Below are positions 53,592 to 63,701 of a stretch of DNA of 64,000 nucleotides, one piece after another. Under the pieces are notes generated by a model that was given only the letters and a program-made list of their open reading frames with translations, ran no database searches and was not told the DNA's origin. Position 1 is the stretch's first letter. Each line of letters begins with the position of its first letter. A program made the position numbers and the translations under genes. The stretch lies in the NCBI GenBank assembly GCA_902489795.1, contig CABUBU010000002.1:13207-77206 (forward strand), given 5' to 3'. The DNA is from an uncultured Azospirillum sp. Its GTDB lineage: Bacteria; Pseudomonadota; Alphaproteobacteria; RF32; CAG-239.

Positions 53592-54785
53592 ATGAAGACG
53601 ACGGACGGGGGAAAAAAACGGACGAAAACGGTGCGGACAGGCTGGCACCGTCGGTTGTTGTTTGCTGCCGGCGGTCTGCTGTCGGTTTTTCTGATCGGGC
53701 TGTCAGTCCTTTCCGCGGCCGAAAATGGCAATGTTGCGGAAGAATTGCTTCCGGTTGCCGAAACGGAAGAACTGCTGCCGGTTGCTGAAACGGAAGAACT
53801 GCCGCCGGTTGTTGAAACGGAAGACGACGGTTATCTGCAAAAGGCTCTGGAGCAGGACGAACTGGATGACGATAACCTTTTTCGGCTGGAAGATGCCGTG
53901 GTGAGGAACGAACCCGACGCACCGCAGCCGCCGGAAAACGACTGGGAAAAAAAGGTGGCTTATATCAACGAGATTGAGCTTCCGTCTCAGGTTGTCTATG
54001 ATTTTTACGAAGAAAAGCTGCCGGAAGACGTAATCGACACCGAAGCGCCGAAAAACGTTCACCCGAAAATCAGCGGCATCAAAATCGAAGTCAGCCGTAA
54101 ACCGCCTTATTTCGGCCGGAAACCGGTAATTGCGATCGTGATTGACGACATGGGGGTCAGCCATCGGCGAACGGCCAACATCAGTTCTTTGGACTATCCG
54201 CTGACATCTTCTTTTCTTACTTATGTTTCAAACTTGCGGCCGCAGATTGCGGCGGCCGAACGGGCGGGGCATGAAATTATCGCCCATCTGCCGATGGAAC
54301 CCAAGGCCAGCATGAACGTTTCGCCCGATGTTTTAACGGTAAAGATGAACGAAAAACAGGTGGCCGAAGGTTTGAACGGAATGCTTGACAAGTTCCCCGG
54401 CATTGCCGGCGTCAACAACCATATGGGCAGCCGCTTTACCGAAGATCCGGTGCGGATGGACGTGGTGATGAAAGAACTCGAAAAGCGCGGGCTTTTTTTC
54501 CTCGATTCCAAAACTACTCCGCATTCTGCCGGCGAAAAGGCGGCAAAGGACAACCGTGTCCGCTATGTGTCGCGAAATGTTTTTCTCGACAATGAAGACA
54601 AGTTCGACTATGTCATGCGCCAGCTTCGTCAGACTGAAGCTATTGCCCGCAAAAACGGGTATGCGGTGGCTATCGGACATCCCAAAGAACAAACTTACAA
54701 TGCGCTCAAAGTCTGGCTTCCGACATTAAAAAGCCGCAACTTGCGTCTGGTGCATTTGAGCGAAATCGTCAAAGCACTTAACTGA
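53592..54785 (+). CDS. divergent polysaccharide deacetylase (YibQ family) with an N-terminal anchor and repeat region
   Basis: 397-aa ORF. The C-terminal ~230 aa match YibQ-type layout (IAIVIDDMG...NNHMGSRFT...FFLDSKT...AIGHP). Confidence 0.8.
   Translation: MKTTDGGKKRTKTVRTGWHRRLLFAAGGLLSVFLIGLSVLSAAENGNVAEELLPVAETEELLPVAETEELPPVVETEDDGYLQKALEQDELDDDNLFRLEDAVVRNEPDAPQPPENDWEKKVAYINEIELPSQVVYDFYEEKLPEDVIDTEAPKNVHPKISGIKIEVSRKPPYFGRKPVIAIVIDDMGVSHRRTANISSLDYPLTSSFLTYVSNLRPQIAAAERAGHEIIAHLPMEPKASMNVSPDVLTVKMNEKQVAEGLNGMLDKFPGIAGVNNHMGSRFTEDPVRMDVVMKELEKRGLFFLDSKTTPHSAGEKAAKDNRVRYVSRNVFLDNEDKFDYVMRQLRQTEAIARKNGYAVAIGHPKEQTYNALKVWLPTLKSRNLRLVHLSEIVKALN
53739..53819 (+). repeat. in-frame 27-bp tandem repeat x3 (EELLPVAET units)
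   Basis: Units at 53739-53765, 53766-53792 and 53793-53819, encoding EELLPVAET / EELLPVAET / EELPPVVET. Confidence 0.9.
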
Positions 54786-55037
54786 CGTTTTGTATACTGC
54801 TTTGTAAAATTTAAGCATATATAAGATGTTATGCCGGCCTCGGCCGATTTGTGTGCAGCAAAATAATGATCCTTTTTTTGCCGCATGTTCATATCATTGC
54901 GAAAAAAACGCCAATATGTTGACATCTAAAATAAAAATCGCTAATTTGGAAACAAATTTTGTATGATTTGTTATGATTAAAAAAAGGATCGTTAAATTGC
55001 GTTATGCTAACGCGGCTCGATTCTTCAAGGAGCTGAA

Positions 55038-55811
55038 ATGAAATTTGACATTATTATTCCGATGGGATGTTACTGTGCCTCGGCGCAGGCTTTGAAAGGC
55101 GTAAAAAAAAGAAGTCGTTCGCTGCCTTTTGACTGGGTCGGACCGCTTTCGTTCGATCAGGCTGTCCGTTTTCTGGAAACCGGATTTGAAGGCTTTTTTG
55201 AAAAAGAAGATTTGGTAAAATATGAAAAGGATACCAGGAAAAACGTAGGGTATGTCAATACGCGCAACAATCTGCTTTTTCTGCACGATTTTAAAGAGGT
55301 GGCGCATTTTGACGAGGAATATGTGCAGCTGCGCGAAAAGTACGAACGCCGGATCAAACGGATTTATCAGACGATTCGGGATTCTAAAGACATTTTGTAT
55401 TTGCATGTTCATACGCCGGATATGATGGATCGTCTGCCGACAGACGAAGAACTGCAAGCCGCTTTGGAACGGTTGCGGAAAATGTATCCGGAAAAGAAAC
55501 ACCGCCTGTTGTTTATCAACCTGGCGGAAACACAAGAGGGCAAGACCGGTTTTGAAAAAAGGGAAATCAGCGGAGGCATCGACTATTACGATTGTTATCG
55601 TGACGAAACTGCCGAAATTGACGAGAATTTTCCCGGCTTCGTTTATTTCAAAAAGAATGTGGAAGCGGTTTTGAAATTATATAAAGTGCGCAAAAGCGTC
55701 AGAGACGTTCTGAAGAAATTCGCATTTAAACTGCTGGATGCTCTGAGCCGGGTTGTGCCCAGTCGGCGTGTCCGCGAAAAAATGAGAATGCTGTACAAAG
55801 AATACAAATAA
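55038..55811 (+). CDS. DUF1796 putative papain-like cysteine peptidase
   Basis: 257-aa ORF. N-terminal IIPMGCYCASAQALK...SLPFDWV matches the DUF1796 pattern as I recall it. Confidence 0.65.
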   Translation: MKFDIIIPMGCYCASAQALKGVKKRSRSLPFDWVGPLSFDQAVRFLETGFEGFFEKEDLVKYEKDTRKNVGYVNTRNNLLFLHDFKEVAHFDEEYVQLREKYERRIKRIYQTIRDSKDILYLHVHTPDMMDRLPTDEELQAALERLRKMYPEKKHRLLFINLAETQEGKTGFEKREISGGIDYYDCYRDETAEIDENFPGFVYFKKNVEAVLKLYKVRKSVRDVLKKFAFKLLDALSRVVPSRRVREKMRMLYKEYK

Positions 55812-55860
55812 TTTTTGAGCTGCCGGCTTTAAACGGAAACGGCAGTCAGTGGATACGGAT

Positions 55861-56553
55861 ATGGAAAAATTCGATTTTGTGGTGCCTTCGGGATGTTTCT
55901 GTGTGACTACCTATCATTTGCGGCAGGCACACCTGCAAGATGAAACCTTGCCGTTCGACTGGCTGTACGGAGTGACGCCGGAGTTGTTTTCCGGTTTTCT
56001 GGAAAGTCGTTTTCGGGGCTTTCTGGAGTTGACGCAGCTGGTTCCGGAGAAAAAAGAGGAAGGAGAGAGTCATTATCGCTTCCGCATGCCGAGCGGGATC
56101 GTTTTCGTTCACGACTTTGTTCGTTCGGATCCGGCGGCAGAATTTGCCGACGTAAAGCAAAAATACGACCGCCGCATCAAAAGGTTGTTTGATAAAGCGG
56201 CAAAAGCCCGCGGCATATTGTTTGTGCATTGTAACCGACAAAGAGCTGATGAGATTTGTCTGAAAAAAATATATGAACGTCTGCAGGCGCTGTTTCCCGA
56301 CAAAAGGGTGAAATTTTTGTACGTGCACCTGATTGACGGTAAAAAAGGGTTTGATTATGTTTCCCGATCGCCGGAAGTTGATGTGGTTGACATGGAATTT
56401 GGCACCAACAGCGATCCGAAGCAGTTTTGGATCGGCAATACCGGTGTTTTTAATCGTATGTTGTCCGCCTACCGTTTGACGTTTGCGGCGCGCATCCGGA
56501 TTTGGATCAATCGCCGGAAACGGAAATTCAGCAAAAACTATGACCGGATGTGA
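55861..56553 (+). CDS. DUF1796 putative papain-like cysteine peptidase (tandem paralog)
   Basis: Start moved to MEKFDFVVPSGCFCVTTYHLR to align with the upstream paralog. Shares TLPFDWL, FVHDF, YDRRIKRL. Confidence 0.65.
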   Translation: MEKFDFVVPSGCFCVTTYHLRQAHLQDETLPFDWLYGVTPELFSGFLESRFRGFLELTQLVPEKKEEGESHYRFRMPSGIVFVHDFVRSDPAAEFADVKQKYDRRIKRLFDKAAKARGILFVHCNRQRADEICLKKIYERLQALFPDKRVKFLYVHLIDGKKGFDYVSRSPEVDVVDMEFGTNSDPKQFWIGNTGVFNRMLSAYRLTFAARIRIWINRRKRKFSKNYDRM

Positions 56554-57090
56554 ACGTGCCGTCGTTCGTCTGGTGCAAAAACTCTCTATTCGGGAAGTTT
56601 ATTCATGTTTCGAACATCTGTATAAACAGATAACAGGGATATTCTTCCCCAAAAAAGACTGAAGAAACTCTTGGGCGGACGAACGTGGTTTATAGCAGTC
56701 GATGCATTTTGCGCTGACTGGTGGACGTTTACGATGATGGGCGGTTTTCCGCGGGAAGGCCGGCCGTGATGATCTGCTTAAGCTCATGCGCGCCGGTCGG
56801 CTATAGTCCGGGTTGCCCGGTTTATCCGGTTGCGGGCGAAAAGGTGGCGGCAGAATTGGAAAAAGCCAGCTATTCGGAATTTCCGAATACCTGGGAATGG
56901 ATCGGCCGGATTGATAAACTCCGGCAGGAACTGGAGGTGTGCAATTCAGCTAAGTCATAGACAAAAAGCACAATCCGACTCGCTGATTGTTCTTGTCCTG
57001 TTCTGTGATTTTCATTCTGACTCGGTTTGCTAACTATTTGAAGTTATTTGCAGGTAATTTGCATAAAAAAGTCAGAATGAAGAGAGCGGC

Positions 57091-57122
57091 AAAAAGAAAA
57101 AGCCTTGAAATAAATCAAGGCT
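57091..57122 (-). terminator. intrinsic terminator after tRNA-Leu
   Basis: Stem AGCCTTGA (57101-57108) / TCAAGGCT (57115-57122). On the minus strand it is followed by TTTTTCTTTTT. Confidence 0.7.
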
Positions 57123-57130
57123 TTTCAATT

Positions 57131-57216
57131 TGGTAGGGGTAGTCAGACTCGAACTGACACGGCCTGAGGCCACAAGATTTTGAGTCTAGCGCGTCTACCA
57201 GTTCCGCCATACCCCC
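57131..57216 (-). tRNA. tRNA-Leu (anticodon CAA), type II with long variable arm, CCA encoded
   Basis: Hand-folded 86-nt sequence GGGGGTATGGCGGAACTGGTAGACGCGCTAGACTCAAAATCTTGTGGCCTCAGGCCGTGTCAGTTCGAGTCTGACTACCCCTACCA. Acceptor stem of 7 bp (G1-U72 wobble); anticodon loop CTCAAAA; T arm GTCAG-TTCGAGT-CTGAC. Confidence 0.85.
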
Positions 57217-57320
57217 ATAAAACAACCAACAAATAACCGATTATTTTGCAAACGTCAACATTTTTTTTACTAAACTTTGTTATTTTAAATCATCTGGACA
57301 ATATCAGCGGAGGGCAGGTT

Positions 57321-58829
57321 TTGCAAAAAGCGGAAGAAAAAGCGGTTGCCTGTTATCAAAGCGGGAATTTTGCGGCGGCGCTTCGTTCTTTTTTGAACGT
57401 TCTGGCCGAAGACTCGAAACGCGAGGATATTCTCGTGTACATCGCCAATTGCTATGACGGACTGGGGCAGAAGGAGGAAGCAGTCGTCTATTACCGCAAG
57501 GCATTGAAAATAAATAGGAAGTCGGACATTGCCGCCGCCAACCTGGCGATTATTTTTTATGAACTGCAGAATTACGCGGAAGCCCAAAACGCCGCCGTGC
57601 GGGCATTGAAAATCAATCCGCAGAACGCGTCCGCGCTTTCGGTGATGGGCAATCTGCGCTATCACAAAAAAGATTTTGACGGGGCGTTGAAATTTTATCA
57701 ACAGGCGATGGAAACAAAACGCGATTTCTATACCGCGGTGCTGAATGCCGCGTCCATTTATTTTGAACGCCGCGATTTCAACACCGCCTATTTTTATGCC
57801 AAACGTGCCGTACAATCGTATCCGAATTCCCTTGAAGCGCAAAATCTGCTGGCCAACATCTGTATTGAACTCGGCCGTTCCGACGAAGCGGTTTTGATTT
57901 TGTCGGAATTGTATGAAAAAAATCCCGAAGATTGCTGGCTTTGCAACTTGCTTTCTCAGGCCTTTCAGCAGAAAAAGGAATATGACCGCGCCTTGGAAAT
58001 GGGCTGGCGGGCGGTGGTGCTGTCCAAAGGCGACAACGACCAGCAGATCAACTTCGGCTATCTGTTGTATGAAATTGCGGTTGAGAGTCCGTCAACCGAC
58101 GTTCTTTTTCATGCCCGTCGCTGGCAGCGCGAATATCCCGACAACCCGATCGTCAGGCATATGACCGGCGCCATGCTGAACGCCGGTCACGTCAGCCAGA
58201 TCAACAGCGTTTACGTGCGCGACATTTTTAACGCTTTTGCCGACGATTTCGAGAATGTGCTCGGCAGTTTGGACTATGCGGTGCCGAGCCTGATGGCGGA
58301 GGCATTGGAAGCGCTGGCGCAAAACGTCAGGCTCAAGAAAATGAAGATTCTGGACGCCGGCTGCGGCACCGGTCTGTGCGGAGCCTATTTGAAAAAATAT
58401 GCGAAATTCCGCGGCCTGGACGGCGTGGACCTGTCGGAAAAAATGCTGGAAGTCGCCCGCCGCAAAAAGCTTTACACCCGCCTGTACAATCAGGACTTAA
58501 GTCAGTTTTTGTCTCGGCACGAAAACGGTTATGACCTGATCAACGCCGCCGACGTGTTCACCTATTTCGGCGAACTCGGCAGCGTCTTTGTTTTGATGTT
58601 TGACGCTTTGAAGCCGGGAGGGCGGATTTTGTTCAGCGTCAGTGAAAATTCTCATAACAAAGACGATTATTTTCTCCATTTGTCGGGACGTTTTCTGCAC
58701 AGTAAAAGCTATGTCGAAGAAGGTTTGAAAAAGCGCGGTTTTATCATTGAAAAGTTAAGCCGCGTCAAGCTTCGCAACGAAGGGGAAGCGGAAGTCTGGG
58801 GCTGGATCGTGATGGCCCGCAAACCCTGA
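57321..58829 (+). CDS. TPR-repeat protein fused to a class I SAM-dependent methyltransferase domain
   Basis: Track ORF 57246..58829. The likelier start is the TTG at 57321, 6 nt after GGAGGG. Multiple TPR units in the N-terminal ~300 aa; the C-terminus carries ILDAGCGTGLCG (SAM motif I). Confidence 0.8.
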   Translation: MQKAEEKAVACYQSGNFAAALRSFLNVLAEDSKREDILVYIANCYDGLGQKEEAVVYYRKALKINRKSDIAAANLAIIFYELQNYAEAQNAAVRALKINPQNASALSVMGNLRYHKKDFDGALKFYQQAMETKRDFYTAVLNAASIYFERRDFNTAYFYAKRAVQSYPNSLEAQNLLANICIELGRSDEAVLILSELYEKNPEDCWLCNLLSQAFQQKKEYDRALEMGWRAVVLSKGDNDQQINFGYLLYEIAVESPSTDVLFHARRWQREYPDNPIVRHMTGAMLNAGHVSQINSVYVRDIFNAFADDFENVLGSLDYAVPSLMAEALEALAQNVRLKKMKILDAGCGTGLCGAYLKKYAKFRGLDGVDLSEKMLEVARRKKLYTRLYNQDLSQFLSRHENGYDLINAADVFTYFGELGSVFVLMFDALKPGGRILFSVSENSHNKDDYFLHLSGRFLHSKSYVEEGLKKRGFIIEKLSRVKLRNEGEAEVWGWIVMARKP

Positions 58830-58886
58830 AAAAAAACAGAATGAAAGCCTTTTTGAGGAAACCAAAAAGAAGGAAAATGGCAAAAA

Positions 58887-58916
58887 TAAAAACCTCTCTT
58901 TGACGAGAGGTTTTTT
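58887..58916. terminator. bidirectional intrinsic terminator
   Basis: Stem CCTCTC (58893-58898) / GAGAGG (58905-58910), flanked by A and T runs. Confidence 0.7.
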
Positions 58917-58941
58917 AGCTCGAAAGTGTCCTGAATCAAAC

Positions 58942-59163
58942 TTACTTTTTAGCGGTTTTTTTCGGGGCTGCTTTTTTCGCGGAAGCAGATTTGCAGGAAG
59001 TCGATTTTGCGGAAGAAGACTTCGAGCAGCAGCATTTGCCGCCGTTCAGCTGTTCAACCGCCATCATCCAGAATTTTTCGTCCTGACCCTGCGGGCATCC
59101 GGCGTTCTGCCAGATGTAGTAGGCTGCTTCTCTGATAGCGTTTTCATTATAATTTACCATCAC
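58942..59163 (-). CDS. DUF2934 domain protein with a Lys/Ser/Ala-rich tail
   Basis: 73-aa ORF. IREAAYYIWQNAGCPQGQDEKFWMMAVEQL matches the DUF2934 pattern. Confidence 0.65.
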   Translation of the reverse strand: MMVNYNENAIREAAYYIWQNAGCPQGQDEKFWMMAVEQLNGGKCCCSKSSSAKSTSCKSASAKKAAPKKTAKK

Positions 59164-59387
59164 TTACTCCAAATAAAAAAGTTCGGTTAACATCATCTAA
59201 TATACATACAAAATTTTATCCGTCAATATGTAATCTTATACAAAATCAATAATTAACCGGCGATAAAATTTTTTAACCAAATAAAAATGTCTTTGTGGTG
59301 TAATTTGCTTGCAATTCTATAGATAAGAAACTATAGATAGATTTAAAGAGCCACGCTTTTTTTAGTTCAAATTTTAGAGGTTATTAT

Positions 59388-61586
59388 ATGGAAAATTTAT
59401 TATCCGACGCAGAGATGGAAGCCGTCATCGACGGCGATCACGGCAATGTTTTTGCCGTACTTGGCATACACCGCGACAAAGGCAGCAAAAACGTGTTTAT
59501 CCGCGCTTTTCAGCCGCATGCGAAATCAATTGAGGTGATCGGCCGCGACGGCGTTTCGCGCGGTATGATGAACCTCCTTGACGAACGCGGTTTTTTCCAG
59601 ATCAACCTCGGCGCCGGCGACAATTTTTCCTACCGGTTCAAAATCGAAAACGACCGCGGCGAGTTTTATGAGGCGGAAGACACTTACCGGTTCCGGCCGA
59701 CGCTCGGCGACATCGACGTCTATCTCTTGGGCGAGGGCAGCCATCTGGAAATGTACAGGAAACTGGGCGCTCACGTTTGCGAACAGGACGGCGTCAAAGG
59801 CGTCAGCTTCGCCGTCTGGGCACCGAACGCCAAACGCGTTTCGGTGGTCGGCAATTTCAACAACTGGGACGGCCGCACCTGCGTCATGCGCAAATATCCG
59901 ACCTGCGGCGTGTGGGACATTTTCGTCCCCGGTCTGGGCGAGGGCGAAGTTTACAAATACGAAATCAAAACGCAGCAGGACTATATTCTCACCAAATCCG
60001 ACCCGGTCGGCTTTTATGCCGAAAAACGTCCGCATAATGCGTCGATCGTCTATGACCTGAACCATTACCGCTGGAACGACGAGGAATGGATGTCGCAGCC
60101 CGACCGCCACAACCGCCTTACGGGGCCGATGTCGATTTACGAAGTGCATGCCGGTTCCTGGCGGCGCAAAGGCGAAAACGGTGAAGAGTATCTGACTTAT
60201 CGCGAAATGGCGGACACGCTGGTGCCCTATGTGACCAACATGGGCTTTACCCATGTCGAGTTTCTGCCGCTGGCCGAACATCCGCTTGACGCTTCCTGGG
60301 GGTATCAGGTGGTCGGCATGTTTGCGCCTACCAGCCGCTTCGGCACGCCGGACGACCTGCGTTATCTGATCGACAAGTTCCATCAGTCGGGGATCGCGGT
60401 GATCATGGATTGGGTTCCCGCCCATTTTCCGAAGGACGGGCATGGCCTGTGCGAGTTTGACGGCACCCATTTGTACGAACACGCCGATCCGCGCAAGGGC
60501 GAGCACAAAGACTGGGGAACCAAGATTTACAACTACGGCCGCACCGAAGTTTTTAACTATCTGTGCACCAATGCGCTTTACTGGCTGAAGGAATATCATA
60601 TCGACGGGCTGCGGGTGGATGCGGTGGCTTCGATGCTTTATCTCGACTATTCCCGCAATCCCGGCGAATGGATTCCGAACATTTACGGCGGCAACGAAAA
60701 TCTGGAGGCGATTGCCTTTCTGCGGCGGATGAACGAACTGGTTTACGGGCTCAATCAGGGAGCCTGCACCTGCGCCGAAGAGTCCACGGCCTGGCCGATG
60801 GTTTCCCGTCCGACTTCGATGGGCGGGCTTGGCTTTGGCTACAAATGGAACATGGGCTGGATGAACGATACCCTGAAATATATCAGCAAGGATCCGATTT
60901 ACCGCCAGTATCACCACGGCATGCTGACGTTCGGCCTGCTGTATGCCTTTAACGAAAATTTCATTCTGCCGATTTCCCACGACGAAGTGGTTCACGGCAA
61001 GGGGTCGATGCTGTGCAAAATGCCGGGCGACGAATGGCAGAAGTTTGCCAACCTGCGCGCCTATTACGGCTTTATGTATACCCATCCGGGCAAAAAGCTG
61101 CTGTTCATGGGCTGCGATTTCGGTCAGGACTGGGAATGGAACTATGACGAAAGCCTGCGCTGGCACCTGCTCGATTATCCGATGTATAAGGGAATGCAGA
61201 ACTGCGTCCGCGACCTCAACTTGATGTACAAGGGCAATGCGCCGCTTTATGAAATCGATTTCGACTACCGCGGTTTCGAGTGGCTGGATCATGCCAACGC
61301 GGCTGACAGTGTCATTTCTTATATTCGTAAAGGAGAAACGCCGGGCGACTATCTGATCGTCGTCTGCAACTTTACTCCCGTCGTGCGCGAAGATTACCGG
61401 GTCGGGGTGCCGGAAAACTGCGGTTATCAGGAGATATTCAACAGCGACGACAAAAATTACTGGGGCAGCGGCGTCAAAAACGACGGCGTCCGTTATGCCG
61501 AGCGGCAGGAATGGAACGGCAAGCCCTATTCGATAAAGCTCACGTTGCCGGCATTGTCGACCGTTGTCATCAAACCGGTCAGATAG
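59388..61586 (+). CDS. glgB: 1,4-alpha-glucan branching enzyme
   Basis: 732-aa ORF with GH13 regions (DWVPAHF, GLRVDAVASMLY, EESTAWP, SHDEVVHGK). Confidence 0.97.
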   Translation: MENLLSDAEMEAVIDGDHGNVFAVLGIHRDKGSKNVFIRAFQPHAKSIEVIGRDGVSRGMMNLLDERGFFQINLGAGDNFSYRFKIENDRGEFYEAEDTYRFRPTLGDIDVYLLGEGSHLEMYRKLGAHVCEQDGVKGVSFAVWAPNAKRVSVVGNFNNWDGRTCVMRKYPTCGVWDIFVPGLGEGEVYKYEIKTQQDYILTKSDPVGFYAEKRPHNASIVYDLNHYRWNDEEWMSQPDRHNRLTGPMSIYEVHAGSWRRKGENGEEYLTYREMADTLVPYVTNMGFTHVEFLPLAEHPLDASWGYQVVGMFAPTSRFGTPDDLRYLIDKFHQSGIAVIMDWVPAHFPKDGHGLCEFDGTHLYEHADPRKGEHKDWGTKIYNYGRTEVFNYLCTNALYWLKEYHIDGLRVDAVASMLYLDYSRNPGEWIPNIYGGNENLEAIAFLRRMNELVYGLNQGACTCAEESTAWPMVSRPTSMGGLGFGYKWNMGWMNDTLKYISKDPIYRQYHHGMLTFGLLYAFNENFILPISHDEVVHGKGSMLCKMPGDEWQKFANLRAYYGFMYTHPGKKLLFMGCDFGQDWEWNYDESLRWHLLDYPMYKGMQNCVRDLNLMYKGNAPLYEIDFDYRGFEWLDHANAADSVISYIRKGETPGDYLIVVCNFTPVVREDYRVGVPENCGYQEIFNSDDKNYWGSGVKNDGVRYAERQEWNGKPYSIKLTLPALSTVVIKPVR

Positions 61587-61613
61587 TATATGTAAGAGCC
61601 GGGAGGAGAAACG

Positions 61614-63689
61614 ATGAGCAGTTTTAAGATACAACCGGGAACGCCTTATCCGCTGGGCTCTCACTATGACGGCAGGGGTGTCAATTTCGCGCTCTTTTCC
61701 GCCCATGCGACCAAAGTGGAATTGTGCCTGTTCAACCAAAACGGCACCGAAGAGGTTTCGCGGATCGCCGTTACCGTCAACGACAACAACGTCTGGCACG
61801 TTTATGTCGGCGGACTCAGGCCCGGGCAGATATACGGCTATCGCGTTTACGGCCCCTATAAGCCGGAGGAGGGGCATCGTTTCAATCCCAACAAGCTGCT
61901 GTTTGATCCCTACGGCAAAAAGCTGAGCGGCAAACTGATCTGGCACAAGGCGATTTTCGGTTATAATCCCGACAGTCCGGACAAAGACCTTTCCTTCAAC
62001 GAGTTGGACAGCGCGCCCTATGTGCCCAAATCGGTGGTGGTCGAGGATCGTTTCGACTGGGAAGACGATGTCCGTCCGGCATACGGTTTTAACGAAAGCG
62101 TTTTATACGAAACGCATGTTCGCGGTTATACCAAACTGCACCCGCAGGTTCCCGATCGGCACCGCGGCACTTTTCTCGGCCTTTGCGCGCCGGCGGTGGT
62201 GTCTTATCTGAAAAATCTGGGGATCACCGCGGTGGAGCTGCTGCCGGTGCACGCCTTTTTCGGCAACCGGCACAAAAAGGGCTTTCCCCGCGACAATTAC
62301 TGGGGCTACGAGAGCTGCAGCTTTTTTGCGCCGGAACAGTCTTATCTGGCCTGTGACGATTTGGACGAGTTCAAAAAAATGGTGAAGCTCTATCATCAAA
62401 ACGGGCTGGAAGTGATTTTGGACGTGGTCTACAACCATACCGCGGAAGGCAACCAGATGGGGCCGACGCTCTGTTACCGGGGAATTGACAACGCCTCTTA
62501 TTACATGCTCAATTCGGAAAACAAGCGCTATTATTACGACAGCACCGGCTGCGGCGCTTCGTTCAATGCCGAAAACCCTTATGTGCTCCAGTTGATTACG
62601 GATTCCCTGCGTTACTGGACAAAAGAAATGCATGTCGACGGCTTTCGCTTTGACCTGGCGACCACACTCTGCCGGAAGAAGGGCAGCTTTACTACCGAAA
62701 GCGGATTTTTGTATGCCGTTCGCCAAGACCCGGTTTTGAAAAACGTCAAATTGATTGCCGAACCGTGGGACGTGGGCGACGGCGGTTATCAGCTGGGCGC
62801 GTTTCCGCCGGGCTGGGGCGAATGGAACGACCGCTTCCGCGATGTGGTCCGCCGTTTTTGGAAAGGCGACCAGTATCAGACGGCGGAACTTGCCAGCCGC
62901 ATTTCCGGTTCGAGCGATATTTTTAACTACCACAACCGCGACGTTTGGAGCAGTCTTAATTTTGTAACCGCGCACGACGGCTTCTGTCTGAACGACCTGG
63001 TCAGCTACAATGTCAAGCACAACGCGGCCAACGGCGAGGACAACCGCGACGGCACCAATGCCAACTGGAGCTGGAACTCCGGCGAAGAAGGCGAAACCGA
63101 CAATCCGTCGGTTCTTGCCAACCGCCGCTGCCGCGCCAGGGCGATCATGGCGACCCTGCTTTTGTCGGTAGGCACGCCGATGCTGTTTGCCGGCGACGAG
63201 TTTCTGCATACCCAGATGGGCAACAACAATCCCTATTGCCAGGACAATGTGCTGACATGGCTGTGTTGGGAGGCCGTTGACGGCGACGATGCCGAATTTA
63301 CCGAATTTGTCCGCCGGCTGATCGCTCTCCGCCGCAAATTGAAAATTTATGAGAAAAAACGTTTCTTTACCGGCAAGTACGGACCGGACGGGATCAAAGA
63401 CATGGTTTGGTACAACGAGAACGGAAAAGAATTTGCCGACGCCGACTGGTACGACGGCAACCGCAAGGCTTTGTCGTACTGCGTTTACCGCAACGGCCGC
63501 TTTGTCCTAGGTATTTACAATGCCGGCGCAGCGGAAACGGAATGGAAGCTGCCGCTGCTGGGCAGAGGGATGAAATGGAATTTGCTGCTGGACACTTCGG
63601 AGAAGTTCGTCAGCCGGAAAAAAATCGCTTCCGGAGGCACGATTACGGTGCCGGCCTGGAGCGTTTTGTTGTTTGAAATTAAAAAATAG
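61614..63689 (+). CDS. glgX: glycogen debranching enzyme
   Basis: 691-aa ORF with the N-terminus GTPYPLGSHYDGRGVNFALFS and GH13 motifs (DVVYNHT, GFRFDLA, EPWD, TAHDGF). Confidence 0.95.
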   Translation: MSSFKIQPGTPYPLGSHYDGRGVNFALFSAHATKVELCLFNQNGTEEVSRIAVTVNDNNVWHVYVGGLRPGQIYGYRVYGPYKPEEGHRFNPNKLLFDPYGKKLSGKLIWHKAIFGYNPDSPDKDLSFNELDSAPYVPKSVVVEDRFDWEDDVRPAYGFNESVLYETHVRGYTKLHPQVPDRHRGTFLGLCAPAVVSYLKNLGITAVELLPVHAFFGNRHKKGFPRDNYWGYESCSFFAPEQSYLACDDLDEFKKMVKLYHQNGLEVILDVVYNHTAEGNQMGPTLCYRGIDNASYYMLNSENKRYYYDSTGCGASFNAENPYVLQLITDSLRYWTKEMHVDGFRFDLATTLCRKKGSFTTESGFLYAVRQDPVLKNVKLIAEPWDVGDGGYQLGAFPPGWGEWNDRFRDVVRRFWKGDQYQTAELASRISGSSDIFNYHNRDVWSSLNFVTAHDGFCLNDLVSYNVKHNAANGEDNRDGTNANWSWNSGEEGETDNPSVLANRRCRARAIMATLLLSVGTPMLFAGDEFLHTQMGNNNPYCQDNVLTWLCWEAVDGDDAEFTEFVRRLIALRRKLKIYEKKRFFTGKYGPDGIKDMVWYNENGKEFADADWYDGNRKALSYCVYRNGRFVLGIYNAGAAETEWKLPLLGRGMKWNLLLDTSEKFVSRKKIASGGTITVPAWSVLLFEIKK

Positions 63690-63701
63690 GGGGAAAACAT
63701 C

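Noticed and set aside
56721-56960. 79-aa ORF with a GCPVY...EKVAAELEKASYSEF segment faintly reminiscent of glutaredoxin/GST N-termini.
   Set aside because: There is no CxxC active site in the right register and no RBS, and the ORF is embedded in a spacer. It may be a decayed gene, but this is not supportable.
57011-57081. 11-bp inverted repeat near tRNA-Leu as an integrase att site or MITE ends.
   Set aside because: There is no direct repeat of the tRNA 3' end, no integrase gene and only one copy, so the evidence is insufficient. It is mentioned under the DUF1796 finding only.
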